This document shows, one piece after another, positions 18,181-27,674 of a DNA stretch of 64,000 nucleotides. The position numbers and the translations under genes were made by a program. This stretch comes from an uncultured virus (IMG/VR IMGVR_UViG_3300042882_001139) (Duplodnaviria > Heunggongvirae > Uroviricota > Caudoviricetes), in the IMG/VR virus record IMGVR_UViG_3300042882_001139, positions 1 to 64,000 of that record, one strand, 5' to 3'. A model generated the notes under the pieces. It ran no database searches. It was not told where the DNA came from and saw only the letters and a list, made by a program, of their open reading frames with translations. The first letter of the stretch is position 1. Each line of letters opens with the position of its first letter.

Positions 18181-18675
18181 ATGTCTGTCCAGAAAATTAC
18201 TGGAAAGTGTTACACTTTCCGGGGGTTAAAGTTCTACGCTCAGAACGGCTTTGTTTGTCTTCATGACGAAGACACCGGCGATTTTTTTGTGCTAACCCGC
18301 AAAGAGTTTCTTTTGCGAGCGCAGGCACTGAGCGACGAAGCCAAGCGACTGCGGCACATTGCCGCCACAAACCCGAGTAAAGCTTCCTGGCTTTCCGCGG
18401 ATCGCATGGATTTACAGCAGGCTATTGATAATATGGTGGCCTGCACCCAGGAGGCCCGCGAGCAGGGAGACCGAAATGACCCTGTAGTCGACGAGTGGTT
18501 TAGGCGACATCGCCCCGGCAAAAAGAGTAAGATATCTTTGGCCAGCGGTGCTAATTTTAATACGGCACTGCCCGGTGTTTTACCGATCGGGAAAGATACT
18601 GGAAAGCACGTAACCCCGGACTTTACTGCCGGGCAATCCGCACCAAAGAAACTGATTTTGCCGGGAGATTTTTAA
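18181..18675 (+). CDS. hypothetical protein
   Basis: AAGGA RBS; fills operon. Confidence 0.65.
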   Translation: MSVQKITGKCYTFRGLKFYAQNGFVCLHDEDTGDFFVLTRKEFLLRAQALSDEAKRLRHIAATNPSKASWLSADRMDLQQAIDNMVACTQEAREQGDRNDPVVDEWFRRHRPGKKSKISLASGANFNTALPGVLPIGKDTGKHVTPDFTAGQSAPKKLILPGDF

Positions 18676-18676
18676 T

Positions 18677-19069
18677 ATGGACATGACCCCTAACGAGGCT
18701 TTTCGGCTCGGGTTCATTACCCGCTGCGCCGAAGAGGGTCTAAACGGCGATCAACTACAGCAGCGCATTAAACTGGCAGCTGAGAAAAAAGCCTACATGA
18801 ACTACATTTTACCGACGCTGTTACTTGGCGGTGGTATTGGGCTTGCGAGCCAGGCACCTGGCGTGACGGGTACAGCACTTGGTCTGCCAGCTGCCGCCGG
18901 GCTGGGCATAGGTGCTGGCCTTGGTTACGGCGCGGCACGGGTTACAGAACCCGACATCTCAGCCGATGACATTAAAGCTATGGAACTTGCGGACACCTAC
19001 AAGATCTACGCTGCCCGGGCTAAAGCTAACCGGAAAGCACAGAAATACCGACAAAGCAGGAGCATATGA
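18677..19069 (+). CDS. putative internal virion protein with glycine-zipper segment
   Basis: IKLAAEKKAY motif then LLLGGGIGL and GLGIGAGLGYG. Confidence 0.65.
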   Translation: MDMTPNEAFRLGFITRCAEEGLNGDQLQQRIKLAAEKKAYMNYILPTLLLGGGIGLASQAPGVTGTALGLPAAAGLGIGAGLGYGAARVTEPDISADDIKAMELADTYKIYAARAKANRKAQKYRQSRSI

Positions 19070-19419
19070 GCACGCGTAAATATCACGCAGAAGTTGGTGG
19101 CGGCCAGCACGGGCAGCATGCTCTGAATTGGCCGGGCACGATGGACGGTTTTCCGGTTATTGGTAGTGATGCTGCACTTGGAAATCTTAAGCAGGATGAG
19201 GTTGAAAATCTTGAACTGCAGTACGACTTTAAGTCAAAAATGTTTGTTTTGTGGGACGAAAAGCAAAAAGCAGAGTTTGACGAGATAAACGATAAAATAG
19301 TAAACGGCTGGTATAGGCTGCTTAAACGCAGCGACCACTGGGACGAGGAAAATAATCATTACCGCGTCTGGTTAGAGTGGTTCCAGGTATACGGAATGTT
19401 GCCAACAAAAAAGAGTTGA
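19066..19419 (+). CDS. hypothetical protein
   Basis: AGGAG RBS; ATGA overlap. Confidence 0.65.
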   Translation: MSTRKYHAEVGGGQHGQHALNWPGTMDGFPVIGSDAALGNLKQDEVENLELQYDFKSKMFVLWDEKQKAEFDEINDKIVNGWYRLLKRSDHWDEENNHYRVWLEWFQVYGMLPTKKS

Positions 19420-19422
19420 TGC

Positions 19423-20445
19423 ATGACTACGAAACACGCTGAAAATTTGGCCGAGTACGCCGAAGGTGCAAAATTTAACGTAGGCGTGCCGGCCGACTCG
19501 GAAGCCGCGCGGCCGTATCACCAGCAATACGGTAAAGAGTTAATAAATAGCGCTCTCTGGGGGCTTGGGCTTGGTGCTGGTGGTACGGCACTGTATCACC
19601 TTATTAATGGTGCTGGTTCTTCGCAGTTGTCTGAGTTACAAGGACTGCTGCACAACCCGTCTCCCGAAGCGGCCCCGCAAAAAAAGCAAAAAATCAGTAA
19701 ACGGAAACAAGTAGCCAAAAAACAAGAGACCAGTTGGCTGCCGAAAAATATGACGATGCCGTCATTTAAGTTAGCCGCGGATGCGTCTGCCGGCGGACTA
19801 ATGGCGAACTTTCAAGAATCGCTGTCGAAAAATTTAATCCCGACGCAATTTATCCCTTCTGCCATCTGGCCGACTTTTGACCCAAATGCACCACCGAGTC
19901 TAAATACTGCACAGCACGGCTGGCGGCAAGCCGCGAACATTATTGCGGCGATGGGCGGTGGCTACGGCGGCATGCAACTTGTTAACTCGATGTCGGCTGA
20001 TAAGCGTAAAAAAGATATTGAAGACGAAGTCGAAACGGCTCGCCGTGCTTACTTTAATGCGTTAACCGGCAAAGAAGCGGCGGAACTTGACAATGTTTAC
20101 GCCTGTATGAAGCAAGCCGAAGCACCACCGGCACCTCCGGGCTTTTTCTCTCGTATGTCGCAGGGGTTGGGTTTGAGCAAACCAGGCGGGCCCGGAGCAC
20201 TTGAAAATGCAGGGATTGCCGCCGCACGTACCGTACAAGAAACTGGCAACAATGCGTGGACCGCCGCTTTGTTAACTGCACTTGGCACCGGCGCACTCGG
20301 GGCAAAGTACATGTATGACCAGACAAAGTCACGCACCAAGGCGGAGAATTTAATGCGGGCACGCAACTCGAAAGCCCGCCTGCAGGAACTGAATCAAACG
20401 CCGTACGTAGATCCGGACGCACTCGCCGCCCTTTCAGGGAGGTAA
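19423..20445 (+). CDS. putative internal virion protein with K-x-A sites and glycine-zipper segments
   Basis: TKHAE, FKLAA, GKEAA, MKQAE; three Gly-rich hydrophobic segments. Confidence 0.65.
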   Translation: MTTKHAENLAEYAEGAKFNVGVPADSEAARPYHQQYGKELINSALWGLGLGAGGTALYHLINGAGSSQLSELQGLLHNPSPEAAPQKKQKISKRKQVAKKQETSWLPKNMTMPSFKLAADASAGGLMANFQESLSKNLIPTQFIPSAIWPTFDPNAPPSLNTAQHGWRQAANIIAAMGGGYGGMQLVNSMSADKRKKDIEDEVETARRAYFNALTGKEAAELDNVYACMKQAEAPPAPPGFFSRMSQGLGLSKPGGPGALENAGIAAARTVQETGNNAWTAALLTALGTGALGAKYMYDQTKSRTKAENLMRARNSKARLQELNQTPYVDPDALAALSGR

Positions 20446-20448
20446 GCC

Positions 20449-23400
20449 GTGCTGCCCTTAAACGCGCCTCAAGAACAGCCCCGCGAATTTGGCGATGTTC
20501 CCGCTTTGCGTCAAAGCATTTTTAACAATGCTTTGCAGAGTGCACAGAGCATCGAGCCAATTAAAAACGATCTGTACACGCTGCAATTAAACGACGTAGC
20601 GTACGACGGCCCGGAAGCGTTTACCAAAGCCGATCAAAAGCGTGCTGTGCTTACACGCGGCAACCTGTCGCGAAAACTCCGTGGCACATGGACGCTGACG
20701 GATAACAAGACGAATACGCCCGTCGCCAATCGGCCCGTCACGTTAGCCAGTGTGCCGTACTTAACGGACTCCGGCACATTCGTGAACAAGGGCGTCGAAT
20801 ACACGCTGGCTCATCAATTACGTTTGCGTCCCGGCGTGTTTACCAGACAAAAAGACAACGGCGAGTTAGAGGCCCACGTTAACACGCTTCCAGGTAAAGG
20901 CCGTTCGCACCGGTACTACTTAGACCCGCAAACTGGTGTGTTCAAAATTCAAATTGGGCAGGCGCAGATTCCGCTGATGCCGCTTTTGAAAACTCTTGGT
21001 GTCACAGACAAACAACTGCGTGATACCTGGGGTAACGAGATCACTGCTGTCAACATGCAGCAAGGTGACGCCGGAACACTCGACAAACTTTATCAGCGCC
21101 TTGTGTACTCGCCAGATCCGAAAGCGGATGAACTGGCGAAGATCAAGGCTATTGCCACTGAGTTCAACAAAACAGAGTTCGACGAAGAAGTCACTAGTCG
21201 AACGCTGGGCAAGCCGTACAAAAATTTAACGCCTGACGCCATTCTCGACATCACGAAAAAACTGATTGCCGTTAATCGCAAAGAGGCGGACTCGGACGAT
21301 CGAGACAGCATGGCGTTTCAGTCTGTGTTCGGCCCCGAGGACCTGCTGGCAGAGCGTTTCGTTAAAGACCGCTCGGTGCTGCGGCAACTGCTCTGGAAAG
21401 CCACGGCAAAAAAATCTTTAGACCACATTCCGACTGGCGTGTTCAATAAGTCGATTCAGGCCGCTCTTTTAGGGTCCGGCCTTGGATCAAGTCTTGAAGA
21501 AATCAACCCGGCCGAAATCTTTGACCACCAAACGCGCGTCACCCGGCTCGGCGAAGGCGGGATCGGCAGCATGGACGCCATCCCGGCCGAATCGCGCTCG
21601 GTGCAGCCAAGCCATTTCGGATTCATTGACTATTTGCGTACGCCGGAATCTGGCAAGGTCGGCGTGGACATGCGCTTTGCCGCCGGGGCACGAAAAAGCG
21701 GGAAAAACTTACATACGTTCGTAATCCCGGTGCGGAATGCAAACACCGGGAAAACCGAATACAAAACGCCGCAAGAACTTACGGACATGCCGCTGATGTT
21801 CCCCGGTGAAGACAAGTCAGATCTTCCGATGGTTGCGGCACTAGTTGGCGGCAAGATTAAGTATGTACCGCGGAAAGACGCACAGTACACCGTTCCGAAC
21901 ATGGACAACACTTTCTCGGCACTTACAAACATGGTGCCGATGAAGTCTATGGTCAAAGGGCAGCGCGTGATCATGGGCGCTCGAATGTTTACACAGGCTT
22001 TGCCGCTCGTAAACGCCGAAGCCCCGCTCGTACAGTCTGCTACAAATGACGACGAGAACATATCGCACGAAGATCTGATCGGCGCCAAGATGGGCACGGT
22101 TAAAGCAGACGAGCCTGCCGAGGTGCTACAGGTTACACCCGACAACATTGTTCTTCGGCTGCGTGACGGTACGAAAAAGACCGTCGACTTGTACAACGAC
22201 ATGCCGTTTAATCGGAAGACGTTCTGGACGCAAAAAGCAGCCGTTCAGCCCGGCGACGTGATTAAACCCGGCCAGATTATCGCCACAAGCAACTTTACCG
22301 ATAAGAGCGGAGCGGCAGCCCTCGGCATGAATATGCGTGTGGCGTATGTGCCTTTCCGCGGCAAGAACTACGAAGACGCCATCGTGATCTCGGAATCCGC
22401 GGCCAAGCGCCTAACGTCTGAGCACATGTACCAGAACGAGGCCGAGTGGGACGACAACACGCACGTCGGTAAAAAGGCGTTTGTCAGTCTGTTTCCCAGT
22501 GAGTACGACAAAAAACTGCTCGATAACTTTGACGACCAGGGCGCGATCAAAAAAGGCACGACCGTCAACTTCGGCGACCCGTTAGTGCTAGTCGCCAAAA
22601 AGAAAGAACAGGTGTACGGAAAAGTGCACCGCGGCCGGGCAGGTAGTTTCTCGAATGACACGCTGACCTGGGACCATCATTCGCCAGGTATTGTCACTGA
22701 CGTCGAGCACACAAAGAAGGGCGTGTCCGTGGTTGTAAAGAGCCAGGCCCAGATGGAGTCGGGCGATAAGTTAACTGGTCGCTACGGGGATAAGGGCGTC
22801 ATTGCGGAAGTTGTGCCGGATAATCAAATGCCGCACGACAAAGACGGCAACCCATTTGAAGTGCTTGTCAGCCCGCTTGGTTTAATTTCACGCGTGAACC
22901 CTGCCCAGATTATTGAAGCAGCGTTGGGTAAAGTCGCGGCTAAGACCGGTAAACCGTACAAGATCAAAGATTTCGACAGTGAGAAAGACCTGGTCGAGTT
23001 TGCACAGCAGGAACTCGCCAAGCACGGGTTATCTGACACCGAAGAAGTTATTAACCCAGAGAGCGGCCATAAAATTCCTGGAATATTAACTGGCCAGCGG
23101 TTTTTCATGAAACTGCACCACACGGCTGAATCCAAAGGCCAGGGCCGAGCGATGGCGGGTTATACAGCCGAAGGTACACCGGCCAAAGGCGGCTCTGAGG
23201 GTGCAAAGCGTGTCGGCATGCTGGAACTGGGGGCTTTGCTTTCGCACGGTGCTGGCAAAGTAATCCGCGACGCCAAGATGGTACGTGGCCAAGCGAACCC
23301 TGAGTACTGGTCGCAATTCATGGCCGGGTATGACGCTCCGCTGCCCAAGGTTCCACACGTGTATGAGAAGTTCGTAAATCAATTAAAGGGTGCTGGCATC

Positions 23401-24822
23401 AATACTGTGCGGACTGGAACCAAGACGCACATTATGGCCATGACAGACAAAGACGCCGCGGCCCTTACAGGCGACCGGGAACTCAAGAGCGCCGAGACTG
23501 TCGATTGGAAGGGAAATCTCAAGCCCATTAAAGGCGGCTTGTTTGATGAGTCACTTACGGGCGGTCATGGCGGCAGTCGGTGGGCAAAGATTACGCTTCA
23601 AGAGCCGATGCCCAATCCCGTCATGGAAGAACCTATTCGCCGCGTCTTGGGCCTGACAGAGAAGAAATTCCTGGGGATCTTGGCCGGCCGGGAACAACTG
23701 GGTGACGCAACAGGCCCCAAGGCTATTCAACAAGCCCTGGCCAGCATTAATCTCCCTAAAGCCATCGAGCAGGCAAGGGAAGACATCAAGTCTGGTCGGA
23801 AGACAGTTCGGGATGAGGCTGTTCGGCGCCTTGGATTCCTTAAGTCAGCCGAATCGACCAATATCCATCCGAAAGACTGGATGATTAATCAGGTTCCAGT
23901 TATTCCGCCTGCTTTCCGCCCTGTGTCGACGATGGGGCCAAAGAAGCTCCCGCTCGTAGATAACCCCAATTACCTTTACAAAGAGTTATTTGATGCTAAT
24001 TCAACACTGAAAGAAGCATCTGGGGCCTTATCAGACTATGGCGACGAGCGGCTGGCTGTTTACAACTCAATGAAGGGTGTGACTGGCTTAGGTGCTCCGA
24101 CTAACCCCAAGAACGTCGAAAAGAACGTCCAGGGGTTTTTAGCCAAGATCTTCGGCGACAGTCCTAAATTCGGCACCATGCAGCGAAAACTGCTTTCGAG
24201 CACTGTTGACTTGGTCGGCCGCGCTGTCATTACGCCGAACTCTGATCTGGATATGGACGAAGTAGCCCTGCCTGAAGAGAAAGCCTGGGATATCTACAAG
24301 CCGTTTGTTATTCGCGGCCTTGTTCGTCGTGGCTTACCTCGAATGCAGGCACTCCAGGCTGTTGAAGACAAAAACAAAGCCGCCTTCGACGAATTAAACA
24401 CCCAGATGAACGCTAAGCCCATTGTAATTAACCGGGCGCCCGTCTTGCACCGCTACGGCGTGATGGCATTTAAACCGCGCTTGACCAAAAATAAGGTCAT
24501 GGAGGTTAACCCGGTAATCACGAAGGGGTTTGGTGCAGATTTTGACGGGGACGCTATGCAATATCACGTTCCCAGCACAAATGAGGCGGCAAAAGAAGCA
24601 CTTGATAAGATGTTACCTAGTAAGAACTTGTTTAGTACGTCCAGCTTCAAGGCTCACTACGTTCCAAACAAGGATTACCAGACTGGGCTGTACCTAGCAT
24701 CGAGTAGAATAAATCAACGCAGTAAACCACGCGTGTTTAAAAGCAAACTAGAGGCTGTGGCGGCTTACCGGCGCGGCGAAATCAACGTAGACACGCCCGT
24801 ACACATTGTGGAAGATAAATAG
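20449..24822 (+). CDS. rpoBC: DNA-directed RNA polymerase, beta subunit fused to N-terminal half of beta'
   Basis: beta motifs TPESGKVG, NYEDAIVISE, GDKLTGRYGDKG, SRVN, MKLHH; beta' motifs VIPPAFRP, GRAVITP, NRAPVLHR, catalytic GADFDGD (24532-24552); GGGAGG RBS before GTG. Confidence 0.96.
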   Translation: MLPLNAPQEQPREFGDVPALRQSIFNNALQSAQSIEPIKNDLYTLQLNDVAYDGPEAFTKADQKRAVLTRGNLSRKLRGTWTLTDNKTNTPVANRPVTLASVPYLTDSGTFVNKGVEYTLAHQLRLRPGVFTRQKDNGELEAHVNTLPGKGRSHRYYLDPQTGVFKIQIGQAQIPLMPLLKTLGVTDKQLRDTWGNEITAVNMQQGDAGTLDKLYQRLVYSPDPKADELAKIKAIATEFNKTEFDEEVTSRTLGKPYKNLTPDAILDITKKLIAVNRKEADSDDRDSMAFQSVFGPEDLLAERFVKDRSVLRQLLWKATAKKSLDHIPTGVFNKSIQAALLGSGLGSSLEEINPAEIFDHQTRVTRLGEGGIGSMDAIPAESRSVQPSHFGFIDYLRTPESGKVGVDMRFAAGARKSGKNLHTFVIPVRNANTGKTEYKTPQELTDMPLMFPGEDKSDLPMVAALVGGKIKYVPRKDAQYTVPNMDNTFSALTNMVPMKSMVKGQRVIMGARMFTQALPLVNAEAPLVQSATNDDENISHEDLIGAKMGTVKADEPAEVLQVTPDNIVLRLRDGTKKTVDLYNDMPFNRKTFWTQKAAVQPGDVIKPGQIIATSNFTDKSGAAALGMNMRVAYVPFRGKNYEDAIVISESAAKRLTSEHMYQNEAEWDDNTHVGKKAFVSLFPSEYDKKLLDNFDDQGAIKKGTTVNFGDPLVLVAKKKEQVYGKVHRGRAGSFSNDTLTWDHHSPGIVTDVEHTKKGVSVVVKSQAQMESGDKLTGRYGDKGVIAEVVPDNQMPHDKDGNPFEVLVSPLGLISRVNPAQIIEAALGKVAAKTGKPYKIKDFDSEKDLVEFAQQELAKHGLSDTEEVINPESGHKIPGILTGQRFFMKLHHTAESKGQGRAMAGYTAEGTPAKGGSEGAKRVGMLELGALLSHGAGKVIRDAKMVRGQANPEYWSQFMAGYDAPLPKVPHVYEKFVNQLKGAGINTVRTGTKTHIMAMTDKDAAALTGDRELKSAETVDWKGNLKPIKGGLFDESLTGGHGGSRWAKITLQEPMPNPVMEEPIRRVLGLTEKKFLGILAGREQLGDATGPKAIQQALASINLPKAIEQAREDIKSGRKTVRDEAVRRLGFLKSAESTNIHPKDWMINQVPVIPPAFRPVSTMGPKKLPLVDNPNYLYKELFDANSTLKEASGALSDYGDERLAVYNSMKGVTGLGAPTNPKNVEKNVQGFLAKIFGDSPKFGTMQRKLLSSTVDLVGRAVITPNSDLDMDEVALPEEKAWDIYKPFVIRGLVRRGLPRMQALQAVEDKNKAAFDELNTQMNAKPIVINRAPVLHRYGVMAFKPRLTKNKVMEVNPVITKGFGADFDGDAMQYHVPSTNEAAKEALDKMLPSKNLFSTSSFKAHYVPNKDYQTGLYLASSRINQRSKPRVFKSKLEAVAAYRRGEINVDTPVHIVEDK

Positions 24823-24838
24823 ACACAGGGAGGCTTTC

Positions 24839-25483
24839 ATGGCGATCAACCCGTATTTAATGTCGATGGCCCGCGATCAATTCGAGAAGTCGGCCGTCGT
24901 TCCGCCTGGCGGCGGTGACCCGTCTATGGGTGCAGCCCCGCCTGTTGATCCTTCTATGGGCGGTGCGCCGCCTATGGACCCGGCTGCTATGGGTGCCGTT
25001 CCACCCGCCGGCCCGGCTGCACCGGTTGATCCGGCCACCGCGATGGCTGCAATGGGAGGTGCTCCCGCCCCCGCTGCGATGCCTGCGGCTGCGCCCGCTC
25101 CCGCTGCGCCGGCCGGCGGCCAGAAGTTAAAGCCTGAGCAGATGATGCAGATGATCGATATGCGGCTGTACAACATGCAACAGCAGTTAACATCGATTAT
25201 GAACGCCATGGGCGTGCAAGTCGCTCCTGAGTCGCTTGTTCTTCCTCCGGGCACGACTGGTGCCCCGCCTGCCGAATCGGCTCTCCCCGGCGGTCCTATG
25301 GCTCCGCCTCCGCCGCAAGACCCTGCCGCGGCTGGTATGCCTCCCGGTGGTATGCCTCCCGAGGCTATGCCGCCTGAGATGGCGAAAGGTGCCAACTGGA
25401 ATGCCGGTCAGATTTTAGATCTGCATACCAAGGCGTCGGCGATCAAGGCGTTACGGAGGAGTTTAGAGAGCAATGCGGGTTAA
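24839..25483 (+). CDS. Pro/Gly/Met-rich low-complexity protein with K-x-A leader
   Basis: GGGAGG RBS; FEKSAV; short helical core LKPEQMMQMIDMRLYNMQQQL. Confidence 0.65.
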   Translation: MAINPYLMSMARDQFEKSAVVPPGGGDPSMGAAPPVDPSMGGAPPMDPAAMGAVPPAGPAAPVDPATAMAAMGGAPAPAAMPAAAPAPAAPAGGQKLKPEQMMQMIDMRLYNMQQQLTSIMNAMGVQVAPESLVLPPGTTGAPPAESALPGGPMAPPPPQDPAAAGMPPGGMPPEAMPPEMAKGANWNAGQILDLHTKASAIKALRRSLESNAG

Positions 25484-25712
25484 AACGCAATTTAACCTGC
25501 AACCAGCGGACACGCCGGCCCATAGCGTCGTAATTGAAGACGACATGGGTAATCCAATTATCGTGGCAACACAACTGACCGAGTCAATTGTGTTTTCCAC
25601 GGTAAATGACCCCGACTTCCAGTCCGTGCTTCGATCTCTCGGCATTACTAAGACTGTAAAAATAACAGAATTTAAACCCAAGCCGCTTCAAGATATTATC
25701 TGGACACCGTGA
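25473..25712 (+). CDS. small hypothetical protein between RNAP genes
   Basis: GGAG RBS; overlaps both neighbours. Confidence 0.6.
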   Translation: MRVKTQFNLQPADTPAHSVVIEDDMGNPIIVATQLTESIVFSTVNDPDFQSVLRSLGITKTVKITEFKPKPLQDIIWTP

Positions 25713-27595
25713 TGTTAAAAACCACGCTTGGTCAAATTCTGATTAACGACGCACTCCCGGAAGATCTGCGGGACTACGATCGTGTCTTAGATAAAAAGAC
25801 GATGGGTGCCTTGGCGACAAAACTAGCCGAGCAGTACCCAGACAAATATCGAGATGTCATGAAGCGGCTGCACGACGTCGCTCACGAGTCGGCCCATACG
25901 ACCGGCGGCCTGTCTTTCGGGCTCAAAGATATTAAGCAGACGCTTGCCGCTCGCCATGCCCAGATAAAGGCTCGTGCCGGTCTGCGTGCGATCATGGCGA
26001 ACGGCAAATTCTCCGAAGAACAGCGAACGCAGAAGATCCTAGAACTAGCCTCAACTATTCAGCAGAAACTAGTAGAGGACGTTTATGCCGAGGCTAAAGG
26101 TAATGATAATCCTTTGATGCACCAGGTGTTGGGGTCTGGTGTCGGCAATAAATACTCGCTGAATTCGATCATTGGTGCCGACATGCAATATGTCGACCAC
26201 AAAAACGATCCGATTCCTTTGCCGGTGCTGCACAGTTACAGCCGAGGCTTAAGACCCGCCGAGTATTTTGCGGGCGCCTTCGGCGCCCGCAAGGGTGTAA
26301 TTGATACTAAGACGGCTACGGCAGACGCCGGCTTTTACGGCAAGCAATTGACCCAAATGGCGCACCGCCTGCTCGTTACCGCCGACGATGACGATGACGA
26401 AGAATGGAACAGCACAGCGAGCGAGCGTGGCTTCCCTACAGACGTCGATGACCCGGATAACGAAGGTGCCCTGCTTTCGCGACCTGCGGGGCCGTATAAA
26501 CGAAACACGGTCCTGACGCCCAAAATCCTGCAAGACATTAAAAAAATGGGCGTCAAGGATATTCTTGTCCGCAGCCCGACTGTGGGCGGTCCGAGTGACG
26601 GCGGAGTTTTCGCTAAAGACGTCGGATTTCGCGAAAAGGGCCGGCTACCGCCGGCCGGTGACTACGTTGGAATTGCAGCAGTTCAGGCGCTCTCCGAGCC
26701 GGTATCGCAGGGGCAATTGTCGTCGAAGCATTCTGGCGGTGTCGGCGGTGCCGGGTCTATTTCTGGCTTCAAGGCGTTAAATGCCTTGGTACAGGTGCCG
26801 AAGACATACCCGGATGGCGCCGCTCACGCCCAGCGCGACGGCAAAGTGCAGGAGATCCGCCAAGCACCGCAAGGCGGCGTATACGTCACCATCGACGGCG
26901 AAGAACACTACGTCGGGGCCGACCGCACTGTCGCCGTTAAAAAGGGCGACACACTTGAAGCCGGCGACGCGATTTCAGACGGCATGCCGAATCCGGCCGA
27001 GATTGTTAAGCACAAGGGTATTGGCGAGGGCCGGCGTTACTTTACGCAAGCTATGCGGCAAGTTATGAAAAACAGCGGCATGAGCCCGCACCGCCGAAAT
27101 ATCGAATTGCTGTCGCGAGGCATTGTGAATCATGTCCGCATGCTCGACGAATACGGCGACCACGCGCCAGAAGACGTTGTGCCGTATTCGATGCTGGAGC
27201 GCAACTGGCAGCCGCGCCCGGGGAGCGTTGCGGGCAACCCTACAACGTTAACAGGGCATTATCTTGAGCGGCCCGTGCTGCATTATTCTATCGGCACAAA
27301 AATAAGTAAATCTGTCAACGAAAACTTAAAAAAGTACAACATCGCGAGCGTGCAGGCGCACAAAGAACCCCCACCGTTTCAGCCTGAAATGATTCGCGGA
27401 ATGTCAAACATCTCACACGACCCGGACTGGATGACGCGCATGCTGGGGTCGTATCAAGAAAAAGGCCTGCTGAACAGCGTACACCGCGGTTTAACGAGCG
27501 ACGCGGCCGGCAGCAGTTACGTCCCGGCTTTAGCCCGCGGCGAGCAATTTGGCGTTACAGGTGTTACAAGCGGGTGGAAGCCGGAAGGCGTTTAA
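25709..27595 (+). CDS. rpoC: DNA-directed RNA polymerase, C-terminal half of beta'
   Basis: TTLGQILIN, bridge helix EYF...GARKG..DT...TADAGF, VRSP, trigger loop GIAAVQALSEPVSQ..LSSKHSGG, RNIELL. Confidence 0.93.
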   Translation: MMLKTTLGQILINDALPEDLRDYDRVLDKKTMGALATKLAEQYPDKYRDVMKRLHDVAHESAHTTGGLSFGLKDIKQTLAARHAQIKARAGLRAIMANGKFSEEQRTQKILELASTIQQKLVEDVYAEAKGNDNPLMHQVLGSGVGNKYSLNSIIGADMQYVDHKNDPIPLPVLHSYSRGLRPAEYFAGAFGARKGVIDTKTATADAGFYGKQLTQMAHRLLVTADDDDDEEWNSTASERGFPTDVDDPDNEGALLSRPAGPYKRNTVLTPKILQDIKKMGVKDILVRSPTVGGPSDGGVFAKDVGFREKGRLPPAGDYVGIAAVQALSEPVSQGQLSSKHSGGVGGAGSISGFKALNALVQVPKTYPDGAAHAQRDGKVQEIRQAPQGGVYVTIDGEEHYVGADRTVAVKKGDTLEAGDAISDGMPNPAEIVKHKGIGEGRRYFTQAMRQVMKNSGMSPHRRNIELLSRGIVNHVRMLDEYGDHAPEDVVPYSMLERNWQPRPGSVAGNPTTLTGHYLERPVLHYSIGTKISKSVNENLKKYNIASVQAHKEPPPFQPEMIRGMSNISHDPDWMTRMLGSYQEKGLLNSVHRGLTSDAAGSSYVPALARGEQFGVTGVTSGWKPEGV

Positions 27596-27674
27596 TGTAG
27601 GATAATAGGCTGTAACACGCTAAAGTAGTAAACAGTCAGCGTTTCGTTACGTTTAGTGCCGCATGGAGGTGGCC

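Noticed and set aside
20449..27595. Window as bacterial chromosome rpoBC locus
   Set aside because: No ribosomal protein genes; flanked by head and tail genes; subunits reduced and rearranged
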